Source of the DNA: Setoptus koraiensis
Lineage: Eukaryota > Animalia > Arthropoda
Length of the DNA stretch: 64,000 nucleotides
NCBI GenBank assembly: GCA_048013815.1
Contig: CM106586.1
Location: 23,870,001 to 23,934,000 of the forward strand
Reading direction: 5' to 3'
Part shown: one piece after another, positions 35,696 through 50,680 of the stretch
How the letters are laid out: the number at the start of each line of letters is the position of its first letter
How positions within the stretch are numbered: position 1 is the stretch's first letter
The notes under the pieces: generated by a model
What the model was told of the DNA's origin: nothing
Database searches by the model: none
Seen by the model: the letters and a program-made list of their open reading frames with translations, nothing else
Made by a program: the position numbers and the translations under genes

Positions 35696-38600
35696 ATGAC
35701 CAAAGTGGCAACAGACAACAACACTAACTCAGGTGACAGTAACAACAATACAACTACGACCATTATGTTGGATAACAGTACAAAAACAAAACAACATCAA
35801 TACCAACAACAGCAAAAACAACAGCAAGACAATAGCGATCATTTCATCTGCCAGCAGCCACCAGATCAGAGTCTGAATCAGAGCTCATCCATGGATGAGG
35901 CCATTGGAAACGGGGAACAAAAACAGCAACAACAACAATACCATCGGAATAGTGGCTCAAACAGGAGAACCTCAATATCACAAAGGATAAAGACTGTAGT
36001 TCAGCGTGCATTCAAAAAAGGTAAGCTCCATAGGGCTCGTTTATCACATTAATTAATCTATTAATTTTCTTTCATGACGCATGCCATACCAGCCTGCCAG
36101 CCTCCTTTTCGTCGGTGCTTTTCTACCTTGATATTATACACCTGCACACATACACATTGAGCTATAGTTATAAATAGTGCCCATGTTATAAAGTTATGAC
36201 CAGCTCATATACACTGTAATTGTATGCATGTCACGTCGTCTAATCTGGTCGTGTCGCCGTTACATTATAGGTGGCCCTTCTCTATTTATGATATGCCTCA
36301 TACATTACATAACATATCAACAACAAGACAGTACTGGCTTGTGTACCTTTGTGTGCTCGGTTAGTGTGGTGATATTGCTACCGATGCGAGTGATATATAA
36401 GTGGTACAGTTTATTCTTGCCCACCACTCACTACTGGGGCCTGCTATATATAATTTGCTTTGGTTCGGTTCGATTCATTTCATTGCGTTTCTGTGTTTTA
36501 TTTGCTTCTTGGTCTTGTCAGGTCTCGTCCAGTTTAGCCTGTCGAAAAACAACAAGCTGGCCACGAGATTGATAATCTTTGGTGTTGTTGGCGCTCTGTT
36601 ATAGGGCCACATTTGTGTGTATGCCAACTGGTGCTCTTACATAAATTCTTCTAAAACATAAACAAGCTTTTATGTGAGCAAGCCGAGCTTTCAGCAAGCC
36701 AACGACCAGTGTCATTATCTCTCGGCTCAGTTGTTGTTCAATATAGTCTCTATTCTATGCTGTTGTCGATGGTACAAAGCAAGCGTTAACAGTGACAACA
36801 GATACATTAGACAGGCAAAGCTCGAGTGAAAAAGATGGACAAACAAGGCGCCCCTTCTCGCTTGTCGCTTTGAACGCCTCTTGTTTCTTTTATGGCGCCT
36901 GACAAGCCAGTCTACTATTATTCTTTTCTCATTGCACCCACTCTAAGATACATACAATCCAACAAACAATAGAATGCTACGGTGGCCGTAAAGGGGCGCC
37001 TATCGGTGGTGTTGCAATACAGCAGCAGCAGCAGCATTAGCGCTTGCTCTAACCAAAGTCGCCACCAAGTCTTAGCAACCAGATTGTTATGCCGAGGTTG
37101 TTTTGATGCGTTTAGTACAGTTACATACATGCACCTATACTAAATGCAGTGAACGGATATAAATGCTAAATGTAGCAAACAACGGGCACGGATAATTTTT
37201 GCACATGACCAGATAGAAAGGGATTTGTCCAAGTCAAACATAAGACTACCAGATGCTGCTGGCAAGACTTGGCCAAATCGCCACTTTTTTTGCTTGTTCA
37301 TGGGCACTCGCACTAGACAGAAGCAGTTAATTTGAATGGGTGATGCGCATGGTTACAAAATGGTTTGTTCCCAGAATTACGTAACACAACTACTACTAAC
37401 GTTCATGCATGCTGTCGAAACTGAATGGCGAATCGTCTAGACCGTTCAACCAATGCAACCAGACGCTCTTCGTGCCCCACTGAATGTTGACGTCTTTGAC
37501 TTGTCTCACCTGATCACTAGATATTGCCATCAACTTGTTTATTTTTATTTATTTTTGGTTCGAGCTATAGAGCAAATCATTCATTTGTGTGTAAATAAAG
37601 TGAACTAAATAGATAAATGTGCAAAATGGAGTCATCACCAAATCACCAATCGAACAATATTGCACGTATGTAGTACATCTTTTAATCAATCTCGACAACA
37701 TCTCCATTTCGAACTACAACTATAAAATATAACATTTAATATAAAATATTGAACAGATAGAAAATTAATCCAATAATCTTTTTTCTCTCATTTGCGACCT
37801 GAATAATAATAATAACAATAATAATAATGATTATAATAACAACAACAAAGAATCAAAATTGGACAATCTTGAGGCCATAATAAACGATAGTGCATTGAAA
37901 TTGTTGCAACAAAAAGAGATCATCTTCAAACAGAATACCCTCCAATTGGAGGCACTTTGCAAGAAGACAAGATTCTCAAAAAGAGAATTAAAGTGGCTAT
38001 ATAGCGGCTGGAAAGTTGCTTGCACCGATGGTTACGGTTGTGGACCAGAGGGTTGTACAGGTGAAACTTACGGGTAAGTATCAACTCTAGTATAATTAGC
38101 GCGCATATAATTAATCAAAATGTCATAAAATATATAGTTATACAAACAGCAGAGCAGAGGTGATCAAACAAAACAAAAACAGAAAATTGGCTGCAAATTG
38201 GATGCATTGTAAATGCGCGCGCCCAAAAATTTTTCAAGATCCATTCAGACGTTTAGCTTCGTGTGGCTTCTATACGCTTTGTTTATTATTTCCTGATCAT
38301 TATTATTTTATCATTTAAAAGAATATTTGATGAGTCATTTGAATGGCCGCATGATGCATACAAAATTTTTCGATCAATGAATTTTATTTTTAATCAGCCG
38401 TAATGGTAGCAATAGTAATTGTAAAGTCGCAATGCAAAATAGAGCTAGCAACAGTAACAATAGAGGAATGATCTAGTTAAAATTGAAATTTGTATCACTA
38501 AATGATGTTCGTCAATCAATCACTTCTATCATTCTGATCATTCTTTGTGAGAATAATGTTTAAGAACCACTATCATCATTACTACTGTTTCCCTTCCCTT

Positions 38601-39988
38601 CCCCTCCCTACCCTTCGTCCTAAATGTATCACATTACATCATCCGTCGAAAAATCCACTATTCCGTCCTATATTCTATACCTACTCTCAACCTTCAACTC
38701 GTTTGATGTGACACCTTGTCGCTCAATCAAATCGCAATTGACATAAAAAAACAAACACCTGAACATTCATGAATTTTACATTATTCATACCAACCAATCA
38801 ACCGATTATACCAACTGAATTCATCCTGAATAATGAATGAAATATTTATTTGTTACCAACAAATGATGATAATTGCACGCATACTGTGCGCCCGATTATC
38901 ATCCGATGCTGACTGAATCATACAAATCGAAATGACTTCAATTATTACTACTACTACCGTTCCCGAAAATCCGTTAAAAAAACAAACAAACCATAACCAA
39001 CATTAAACGAACTGATATAACAAAACTACCTGTTTGTTGCTCTGATTGTTTTCGAATACAATCATAATGACTTATATAATGACTGTATACACAAATCACA
39101 TATCATATCTATTATGAAAAACCAATATTCTCACAAGTTCCTTATCTTTATCGTCTGCCTATTACGGAATCATCAACGAGAACCAATTTCAACAAATTTA
39201 TTCTCAATTCTTCCCATACGGGGGTGAGTATTGCCACGAGTTAGCTGATCCGATGGTCTCTCATTATAAATAATAAAGGGCCTTCGTGATCCTACTGTAT
39301 CTCATTTTGTGATTCATCAATTAACCTGCCAAGTCACCGATAGAATTAGAATAGCGTCCCACAATAACGTGAAACTTCATTCCTCTTTACTATTCGAATG
39401 GAACTTCCTGAAAAAAAACTATGCTCAACATATTTCAAGGTGATTGTACCTTCTACGCGAAATACGTTTTCCAAACAATGTTCGGAGAGGCTCTTATCCG
39501 CAATGGAGGCTTCATAACATTTACAGATTATGCGCTCTCTCTATCTAATTTGTTACGAGGTTCTATAGATGACAAGATCAAGTGAGTTATCAGATTCTCC
39601 CATCAAGCATTAATTATCTCTTGTCAATCATCTTGTGTCTTCATTTAATCTAACTCTCTCGTTTTTCATTTCTCATGTATATGTTCCTATTTTCTATACT
39701 ATAAATAGTTTCGTGTTCCGATTATATGATCTCAATAATGACAACGTTCTCACCATTGACGAGATTTCAAGAATATTCTTTGCCATCTATCGTTTGTTAG
39801 GTGACAATGTTGACATAAAACACGACCAAGCTACCTACGAGGCACAAGCTAGCAAATTATTCGACAAGATAGATCTAGAGGGATGTGGCTATATAACACA
39901 AGAGCAATTTTTTAATTATTGCAAAAAGGATGACACAATAGTAAAGACGATTAAAACATTGGAAATGTCTATCATATCAAATGCTTAA
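35696..39988 (+). CDS. Kv channel-interacting protein (KChIP)/neuronal calcium sensor-like EF-hand protein; exons ~35696-36020, ~37851-38073, 39138-39223, 39440-39581, 39709-39988
   Basis: LEALCKKTRFSKRELKWLYSGWK, INENQFQQIYSQFFPYG, YAKYVFQ, LSNLLRGSIDDKI, FRLYDLNNDNVLTIDE and FDKIDLEGCGYITQEQF follow KChIP/NCS order. Intron phases are consistent for the last four exons; the N-terminal exon link is less certain. Confidence 0.82.
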
Positions 39989-41342
39989 TACACCCATCAG
40001 ACTTAATCATAATCATCTCAATTTTTGCTCGTATCTGGTCTACTTATTTATGTTTAACATCATGATATTGATAATGATGAGAGCTTTTTCAATTGACATA
40101 GCAATCAAGACAATGTATTGATCAGTCAAGTTTATTCCAGTAGGCTTCCATTAGAGATTCACATCAATCAAGATAGATATTAATCTGTTATAGTTGTATT
40201 TAATATGAACACAAACAAACAAAAATAAATCATAATCATATCGCACTTTATTGAACAATCAAAAAACATTTGCGAGAATACTTATAAGTAATAGACTCGA
40301 ATGACTCCCGCTTTTCTATTTTAGAATTGTAGAGCTCAAGATCACATTTTTATCATTTGCACCGCAACTGCATCCATCGAAAACTATGAACCCTAACTCG
40401 GTCTGGAGTCAATGAAGTTTTGAGGAATGTATTCCTTTGGCTCATTGGGTCCCATAGGACAAAAAAACATTTATCCTATTGAGAATGACCATTGAGCTCA
40501 AAGTGATGGTTTGTGTGGATAGTTGCTTGTGTATGTAGTAGATATCGATCAATAAAATGTTACCAAGACAAAGATTCCACTGGAATGATAAGCATCTAAT
40601 GATGGTCTTTGATCGGTTTCTATCTAGCTGAAAGTTTCCTTCTGAAATTCAAAACTAGATGTATGTACCTAGAGACTAGAATTGTACCAAACCTAACAGT
40701 GCCAAGGTACCGACATGAGATCGAATTTCATTTGAAGCCCAATTTCCATGTTAGTAAGCCAGAGATTTGCTATGAGATATTGTCGTATAGGCATTCAACT
40801 GCTGCGAAATGTATCTATTTGCATTTGATACCATATGGTACAGTACTGTGCGTGATTGATCGACTACGACGGATTAGATTAACTTTTAAGAGTGAGGGAC
40901 AGTTTGAATAGAAATATATGATAAAACGAAGACAAAAACAGCACTAAATGTAGCTATTAAAAGATATTTATAGCATGTCGCGTTCGAAAGATAAATTAAA
41001 TTTAAGTTTATATGGTGCGATATGTGCGGCGTATAATGAAACATGCAACTACTAAGATTGAGAAAAGAGCGAGGCGACTTTTTCTTCTCAACCAATCACG
41101 TCCTCATAATTGAGTTTTCTTTCAATGATGTATAGGAATCTCCATGCTGCTAGGATGCGTTGGTGATCACATCAACGAACAGATTGCAGATTGAAGATGG
41201 AGCTGATTTTTTGAATTCGAAACACAGGTAGTGAAGCTTGAAATGTGTCGGTCTCCGTAAAAAAGTTGAATGTAGATGCTTGCGTGTATAGATGACCTTC
41301 AATCAATTCATTCATTCCTCCAATTAGTTGCACGCGTTCCAG

Positions 41343-41479
<137 letters not shown>

Positions 41480-44400
41480 TCGACCGACTGTTCCACAAAA
41501 TTAACAAACAAAAATAAGAAATAGAGCCGTAAAAAGCCTTTAGGCTAGCACTTTCTTCTTCCCCCTTCCGTACCCCCCCATTTTCTTTTTTTTCCATTCG
41601 AAAGTCAGATATTCAGTAGTTCGCGACTACTAGTACGATTATTCTGGAGGAAATCTGTGGCGTAACGGCTGCTACTAATACACAGAAAGAAAAAGCTAAG
41701 CTCGTATAAAGAAAAAAAAAAATGCTAGTCAGCTAGAAATTAAGATAAACCGCTAAATGTAAAGAATGATCAGCTGTGATTTCGTTTATCGTCGTTTCCT
41801 TACATACGATCGAATTCTGGACTGTCCCCTAACTGCTCCCTTCGCTAAAAAGCTGCTTGAAATATAAGTTTTTTTGTGTAACTATCAAAAAAAGCTGGCA
41901 GCTAAAATCTTATTAATTATTAGACGAAAGATTTTTGAATTTTTAAATAAATATATTTATTTAACTTAGACATGAAACCATGTTTACTTGGCCGAAAGCT
42001 ACAGAGACTAAATAAAATTGCTAGCTAATAAGCTTTGAGAGGCGCTAGACAGACAGTCATAACACGCAAAGCAAGCCACGAATAAAATCAACAATACATA
42101 ATATGAGTGCAGATGACTGTAAGCCCCGACGAAAGCGCGCCCGAGAACAACACTATCCGTATATAAGGATGCATGGAGTAGAGGAAAATCTGAAAAACAG
42201 ATGCTTTTCGAGGGCTATATTTAAAAAATTAACCGCTATACTCTTATAAAACTAATCAAAAGAGCACTAAACAGGAGAAAAGACATTGGGTACTCTCACC
42301 AAAGAAAAAAGTCTTAAAAAATAACGCCTAACTACAACGAAAAACAAAACCTATAAACTATAAAACAACTAATTACTCAACAACTCCAAAACAAATTAAA
42401 CAATACGAAGCTCTACAAGGTGCATCCAATAATAAAAAGATATAATATCGAGAAAGCATAGAGAAGTTAACAAAACAATAGCTTAGACTCCACAACAGTT
42501 AGGATAAAAAGAAAAGACTCACAAAAACCTTATCAAAAGAAAGAAAATGAAAAAAAAAAAAAAACACCCCCCCCACAATAACCAAAGATAGAACATGCTG
42601 TTTTTTATTCCTGTACCAATTTCCCTCTTAGCACAATAATTCAAAATTGTTAACATCTGAACAAACATCATTAACGAAGATAACCAGACATTATATAGCG
42701 CAGCACATAGTCCATTACATAAACGCAATTTTACCTTTCCTGAAAGATCACACTGATATAATCTCTGATACCTGATGAAGGTAGTCAGCTGGGGAAAGAT
42801 GTATGAAAAGGAGAATACTGAAGGCGGTGGGATTGCATCAAGGCAAGATGACCCAATACAAAAGGCTCTTCTTTGTTTTTGGGTTAGTAGTAATGCACAT
42901 CAATGAGAAAATTTCGCGTTGTTCCCATCGAGACAATAAAAAGCATATAAAAAAATTAACTTATAACAAAAGAATATATATATAAATTGATATACAGAAC
43001 AAAAAAAACTCATGTAGGACAAATTTTTTTTTCCCATAGATATTCACAATAATCATTAAGCAAACAAAAAAACATTGGGTGGAGGTAAAATCCTATGAAC
43101 AACAAAAAAGATACAAAAATGGTAACTAGAACGAAAAAAAACACATCACAATATAACACTAAACGAAAAAGACAACAATTAAACTCAAAAACAATGGAAA
43201 CACGAAAAGCAACCCGCGTTACCATAAAAACAAGCCACATCATTCACGCCCCCTCAAGATAATTCGAGAATTACACAAGATCCACAACAAAACTTTACGA
43301 ATTCTTTATTAAAATAAACACAGCAAATCCTCAATGCTTCACCATCGATAATTCCTTGCGACACGAGGAATATTATTTGGAGGAACAAATAATAGTTTAT
43401 CGTGCGAAGCAAATATCTGAGTTCTGAGATTGGTGTGATCGTCAGGGAGAAAGAACAAAAAAAGTAGCCTAATATATCGGTAAAAAAAAATTATTAATCG
43501 GAGGAACATAGCCAGAAGTATTAAAACCGACTAAAATACTAAAATATTACTAAACAGCAAGAAAACAATTATCTGTAATTCTTTAGATAATCTGTTTATT
43601 TGGAAAAACATGAAGTAGACGAGCTTCTATTACTAAAAGCCAATAAAAAATTAATAGGTACCACGTAATTGTGTGCGTCCGGACAGCATATAAAAACCTA
43701 CAAGAGTAAATGAAAAACCACAAACTAACTATCACCACACTATCAACAAACTACCCAATATACCACAAAACACGACGCATAAACAATCTGCCCCACCACC
43801 TCACCAACCTCGAAGCCCCATCACAAATACAATAACAACCCCCCCCTCCACCCCCCCCCACCACAAGTCCCCCAACCCCACTACCCCCTAAACCCCCCGT
43901 CCCCCACCACAACCCAACCCCCACCCCACCACCCCCCCCCGCCATCATGGCCCATACCCACTCCCACCCCCCTACGCCACCCCACCCCACCCACCCACAC
44001 CCCCCACCCCGATCCGCCACACACCCCCACCCCCCACATCTATCCCTACCAACAAACCAATCAACAACTATCAACAACCAACCCCTCCCACCTACAACCC
44101 ACACACACCCCACAACAATTAAAAAACTCCAACACCCCAACCCCCAACACGTCGAAAAAAATTGGCAAAGAACTCGAACAACAACAACAACCACACCCAC
44201 CAACAAGAAAATAAAAATAAAAAGACCAAAAAACTAACAAAGTAAAAACACCAAAAACACCGACAACCTACACAGAACAAATAAAAAAATAATAATTCGC
44301 CAACATACAACCAAAAAAAAAAAGTATAACTTCAACTCACTGAGAAAACCAACAACAACCGAAAAAACTACAAATCCCAAAAGAACCGAAACCTACAAAA

Positions 44401-45930
44401 GATGCCCCCCCCCCAAATCCCAAATCCCTAACGCCAACCCACATTCCCCACTGCGAGTGCATAGACCAACCGTCCCACCCCCATCCGGCCCCACCCCTGA
44501 TAAGTCCTCCACCATGACACCCTGCACCTAAAACAATTCCTACCCCCCCCCAGCCCAGAACCATCCTCCAACACCCTCCCCTACCACCCCCACCTACGCA
44601 AACAACAGCACGCCCAACCTACCCCCCCACCCCCAACTCCACAACAAATCCACGACCTCCACCACCCCACCCAAACAAAGACCCCAAGAACGCTATACTA
44701 CCCACACACACCCCACAACACAACACCCCCACCCCCCCGCCCATAAACACACCTACAAGGCCACCCCCCCACCCACCCCATGCCCCCCGAAAAAAATACA
44801 AAATCAGCCCCCAACTATCTTCAAGACCCACCACTGAGTTCATCATAATAGTTCCAAACAATAATTGAGGTAGCCGACACCCCCCCCCTAATTTATTGTC
44901 ACACCAAATGAGACAAACGAATATGATATAAGACGACAAATAATTATAAATTGTGATAGCACCGAATTTCTAAAACTATGCACACGGAAGTATTTTTTTT
45001 TTTGTCAGGATCAGACAATTTCATTCATCGTTTCCGCCTCATATCGTCCGTCGAGCCATCGTCTGTCCCGGATTATCGTCCGACGCCCATTAGAGTTACA
45101 ATGTCATCACGGGTTATTCCTGGCAATATCGGCGCTTTCCTTGTTTATCCTTAGAACTCTTTTGTTACCAACAACAGGTAATCAGAGGACTACAACAGGC
45201 AAAACGAGCGAGGTAGGAGAGAGACTTTTCTTGTTGCCACCTAACAACACTATTATGCAGAAGTAAGCTTATACTCAATTTATAATCAATCACTGAAAAT
45301 AGAATATTGAAAATATGTATTTTTGTTGCCAATTATATTTTCAATATTTCTGAAGTAAAATAAGGAATTACAATAATCGTTTTTTTTGGTGGGTGTGGTA
45401 TTGCGGGGTTTGGGTGTTCAAGATTAACCGATATAACGCAATAAAATGAAGCAAGGGCAGGACCCGCTAATAGTATAATATGGAATAAAATAAATATTTT
45501 TCGGCCATTAAATTGAGAAGGGTCAAGAGAATGGCTATCAGAATACTGTACAGTTGCTATAATAATAAAAAATAATTTAATCTTACAAAATTTATATCCA
45601 CCGGGTTGGTCGGCACAGTGTATATTAAATTATGGTATAACAATGCTGGAATTTATGTAATTGAATCAAATATTACTATAGTTCGTTTTATTAAATCATT
45701 TGCTTTTTCACACCACAAAATATCAGTTTAGTGGCAGAAACCTATTTGGAAGTCATTGTTCTCAAGAATGGAGTTCAAAAATTAATTAATCACTTCGCTG
45801 TTTTTAAGGAAAAAAATAAAAATCAAACATTAAAAAAATAAATAAAAAAAAAAATAAAAGTAAAGAATAAAAAGAAAGGAAAAAAAATAAAAAAAAAAGA
45901 AAAGAAATAAAAAAAAAAAAAAAAACAAAA

Positions 45931-45972
<42 letters not shown>

Positions 45973-47213
45973 AAAAAAAAAAGCATGACTACAAATTAAA
46001 ATGCTAATAAAAAAACACGAGATAAAGAAATTATTCACATCAAGCAATAAGGCCTCGTGCTATCAAATCTACTTAATCCTTGCCGGCCGCTTAAAACAAG
46101 GGCAATTCAATATATAAAAGGCTAACCATACAAAGATCAAAAATGGACAATATAAAAAGCCAAAAGAAAAAAACCAAACAAATAACTGAAAATAAACTAA
46201 CATTAGAAAATATTATCAAAAAATACAACAGTATACAACGACGCGAAATGAAACCGAATTTTTCCCCATCCCCCACAATTTCATCCCTTATCAAATTCAA
46301 AACCCTCACTCCACACACACACACCAATTTTCCACAAAACAAAGTTTTTTTTGGGGGGGCTCATCAAAAATAGAACACGATAAGCCTCATCGGAGGGGTG
46401 CTCTCGCCCATATCAAAAGAATATTTTTATCCCAAGTGAAGGTATATAGAATGATTAGTTTTTATACCCCCTTGGCTATAAAAGTAAAATCTACGTGCTA
46501 TGACCGTTTAGGGAAGGACTAACACCTAAAAAAAAAAAAAAAAACCTTTTAAAAACCTAGGGACTAAAAAATGCCAGGTTGTATAAATATATTAATATAT
46601 TTTTTTTAACCACAAGTGAAAAGATACCAACACAAGACTTAATAACTAAAATTTTCTATATATCTAAGAAAAAAACTATCTAAATTAATACAATCAAAAC
46701 AAAACTAAAATCAATTTATTAGTGTTCAATAGTAAACGCTATCCTAAAAACAATAAGAAAAAGAAATTAGGCAAAATAAACCACGTGATAGCTATCCATC
46801 TCACAACCATAGCGAAACCATCAAATATACAGAGTTGTACAGGCTTTCTCTGCCAAAATTTGAACAATAGGAAGTTGATAGATAGGGATTTTTGTACATT
46901 AAAAATAAAATATCTATATCAAATTCACTTCACTGAAAGGAAATGAAGAAATCTAAAAAGCGAGCGTTTTTTGGGGTTGATGGTATTATTTTGGGGGGTT
47001 GGGGGGTGGGTTTGGGTTTTGGGGTGGTTGGTCGATGTTTTAGGCCTCTCAAAAACTCCCATGGCTGGTTGTTTTCCGTCGGTACTAGTTCCGTACGCTT
47101 TTCATTTTTTTTTATATTATTTTTCATTTATTTTTTTTTTTTTTTTATATTTTTTTTTTTTTTTTTTTTTGTTTTTTTTTTTAATATGTTTTTTTTTTTT
47201 TTTTTTTTTTTTT

Positions 47214-47250
<37 letters not shown>

Positions 47251-47259
47251 CTTTTTTTT

Positions 47260-47313
<54 letters not shown>

Positions 47314-47467
47314 TTTTTTTTTTTTTTTTTTTTTTGTTTTGTTTTTTATTTTTTCTATTTACTGTTTTTCGTCCTTTCAATTCTTTTTATTTATTTTTTT
47401 TTTTTTTTTTATTTATTTTTTTTTTTTTTTATTTTTTTTTTTTTTTTTTAAAAAATTATTTTTATTT

Positions 47468-47503
<36 letters not shown>

Positions 47504-47514
47504 TAATAAATTAT

Positions 47515-47551
<37 letters not shown>

Positions 47552-47560
47552 TTCTTAATT

Positions 47561-47620
<60 letters not shown>

Positions 47621-47786
47621 TTTTTTTTTTATAAAATTTTTTTTTATTTTTTTTTTTTTTTTTTCTATTTTTTTTTTTTATTTTGTTTTTTTTTGCTTTT
47701 TTTTTTTTGGTCCTTTTTGTTGACTTTTGTCTTATTTTTTTTCTTTTTTATTTTTCCCTTTTTTTAAATTATTTTTTTGTTTTTTT

Positions 47787-47817
<31 letters not shown>

Positions 47818-50680
47818 GTTTTTTTTTTTTTTTTTTTGTTTTTTTTTGTTTTTTTTGTCCTTGTTAAATCCCCAGTGATTAATCCTGTATTATCCGCATA
47901 CGAGTTAATCTTCCGTTAAAGATTGCAATATGTTCCCCAACCTTATTTACAACAAACGGTTATATTTTCCATCTTTATCATTGCTGTAGTTCGTTTATAT
48001 ATATCTTATGAATAGGTTTTTACCTTTTTAAACAAATTATATACAAAATTTTTTGTTTATAAATACTTATTCATTCTTTCCCTAGGAGATACAATAAATA
48101 TTATACTATACATTTTTATTTAAATTCCCGCGAGGCTTCCCAAAGCATAGGTAAAAGAAAAACACAATCCCAGTAAACCTTTATTAGAAAGGGCAAAAAA
48201 TGTTTTTTCGGCGTAAAAATAAAAATATAATTAAAGAAAAAATATATATTATTGGATAAGTACTAAATATTTGTGAGTTCCTCCGGCTATCGCCTCGTCT
48301 TCGGAATATAGCTTCGAAAAACTAGCTAAACTAAAACAAAAGAACAAATCAAAAACAAACTAAATTAAAAACTATGATAACTTTTTTATAAAATAAAAAT
48401 TTAAAACTAATTAAAAAAAATTAAAAATACTAAACAAAAACCAATGTTCTCGGTTGGTTATTTCCAACCCAATAAGTGAACCAAAACTACTTAAATCGTA
48501 CAAACTTAGTGTTCACGATAACTCCTAAACTAGTGAACTAGATTCGGAACAATGAAAAACGGAGAGAGTACACACACCTTCGTTTAGTATCGAAAGATAG
48601 GAAATTTATTTATTTGAAATAAAATTTAAATGATTTAAAAAAAATATAATAATTTAAAAAATAACCTCAATACACCCTCAATGATGTACAATTTGGGCCC
48701 CTATTAACGGATATTTAAAATATAAATGGGCTCTTTTAATAAAGTTATTCTATTGTAATCTATTATGAGTAAAAAATGAAAAACTAAATAAAAAAAAAAA
48801 AAATAAGTAATATAGCAACCCTATGTCAATAAAGTAATCATAAGTATAGGTGAAACACCGCCTTAATTATAAGCCATTTAAATGCTATACTAAAAAAACA
48901 TCAACAACAAAAAAAACCAATGCCAATAATATAACAAAAACAAAAAATAACCCCTTTTTTTTTTCTTTTATTAACATGGTCCAGCCATAAATTTATTCAT
49001 TAAATTAATATATATTCATTAATTAGTCTTTCTTTCAGCCCTATGTGCCACAAACTAATAAAAAATTTATCAAGCATAAATATAATCCAAAATCATTAAC
49101 AATAATTATCTCTGCCCCTAGTTACGATCCGGATTACACGAGTAAATTCATTTAGTTACTCTTATAAACTACGGAATCCAAAAGTTCATAAAACCAATTA
49201 CACAACTACAAATAACTTATCAAAACTTTAAACTTAATTAATAATTCATTTTTCTTTTCACAAACTACCTACTCACTTTTTTAAGCGTCTAGTCTTTTCA
49301 CTCTTGCTCTCTATCAAAACACTTTTATTTCCTTATCTACCACCCAGTAATTTATACTCTAACTGTGTCTAAACTTATACATATCAATTTAATCAAGTTT
49401 CTCAACCTTCTTCAACACAATAATCAACATTATACTTTTATAGCCCGGACTCAATATATTTTAAAAAAAACCTTTTTTATTTTTTGAACATCGTTTTTAA
49501 AACAACTAGGGCACATGAAGGACCCTAGAATTATGATACCTACCTCAATGGGTATAGCGATATAAATTTGGTTTGTATAGGTGGGAGGCTAAACATTGTA
49601 TTATATTACACAGCAATCAAAAAGAAAATGAACAGATAAATATCAAAAGAAAATAAATAAAGATAGAAAAAAAAAAAAGGTAGGATGATTAAATTTTTTA
49701 TAGGATCCACCTACCCGTCTTCATCATCACCTCAGGCTATTTCACCCCGAAAAAATTTCTTTCTTTACACCTAAATGAGCCACGAGCTTAGTCCATACCT
49801 AGTAATAATTTATTTTCCCTTTTAGACCTTTTTTCAATTTTTGATTACACTATTTGCACTTCTATTTTTTGTTTCCTTACTTGTTTTCTGTTTTTTTTTT
49901 TTTTCATTATACCCACATACTCTTTACTGCATTTTCCCTCCCATCCCATAACTAAAATCCCCACAGCTTACCTCTTTTTAATCCTTTCTCTTTATTCTTC
50001 TTAACGATTTTTGCCATTTATTCTTTATATGTTAATTTCACCTCCCCCTACCCTTCCATAAACCTGTTCTCATCCCCCCTTCTTTACCAATTCCACTGGC
50101 TTGTTTTTCCTTCCCTCTACACTCTTACCTTTTTCCATCCACATATTTTTCCAATTTATAATACCGACTTATATTCACCTTCTTGCTCTTCATAAACGAC
50201 ATTAACCATCTCACCAAAATCACCAATAAATTACTTCGTAAATATTCACACTCCTTTTCTACACAAATTTTGACCATCAACTATATTTTAGCCCTTCGCA
50301 TCACTTATTTCGATACATAGTATTCTTCAACTTCGATGTCTTAGTTTATTACTTTCATCCCTCCATTGGTGCTCCCGCTAGAACACAATACGCATCAACG
50401 CTAGGGCGTGGGCAAAATTGAATATATAAAATAGTTCACGAATTGGGGATCCTAAATAAAGCAACTATCAGAACTAAATAAAATAATATTGTTTAGATAA
50501 AAATAAATAACTTTATTACAAACGGAAATATTTAGAGCAAAAATATTTCAAATTAAAAAGAAAAATACACATAATAAAGCAAACAAAAAACTTACACACC
50601 AATTAAACACAGATTTAAATATAATCAAAATCACCACTTCATAACACCAAAAACAGAAAATTTCCTATACCAATATGAGG
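41480..50680. other. Probable low-quality/unpolished assembly segment (homopolymer-rich, strand-skewed blocks: A-rich, C/A-rich 43.74-44.9 kb, poly-A 45.8-46.0 kb, poly-T 47.1-47.85 kb)
   Basis: No coherent ORFs, abrupt compositional switches and very long interrupted homopolymers, bounded by an (AG)n tract and an N gap. Confidence 0.85.

Noticed and set aside
41640-48310. Short rRNA-like strings in the noisy segment: 41640-41679 and 48275-48297 resemble reverse-complement 28S (TCCTGAGGGAAAC..CAGCTACTA; GAGTTTCCTCTGGCTTCGCC), and 45515-45541 resembles 18S (GAGAGGGAGCCTGAGAAACGGCTAC)
   Set aside because: The matches are only 20-40 nt with mismatches and gaps, are not collinear, mix strands and subunits, and lie in error-rich sequence. 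No rRNA gene can be supported; barrnap or BLASTN would settle it.
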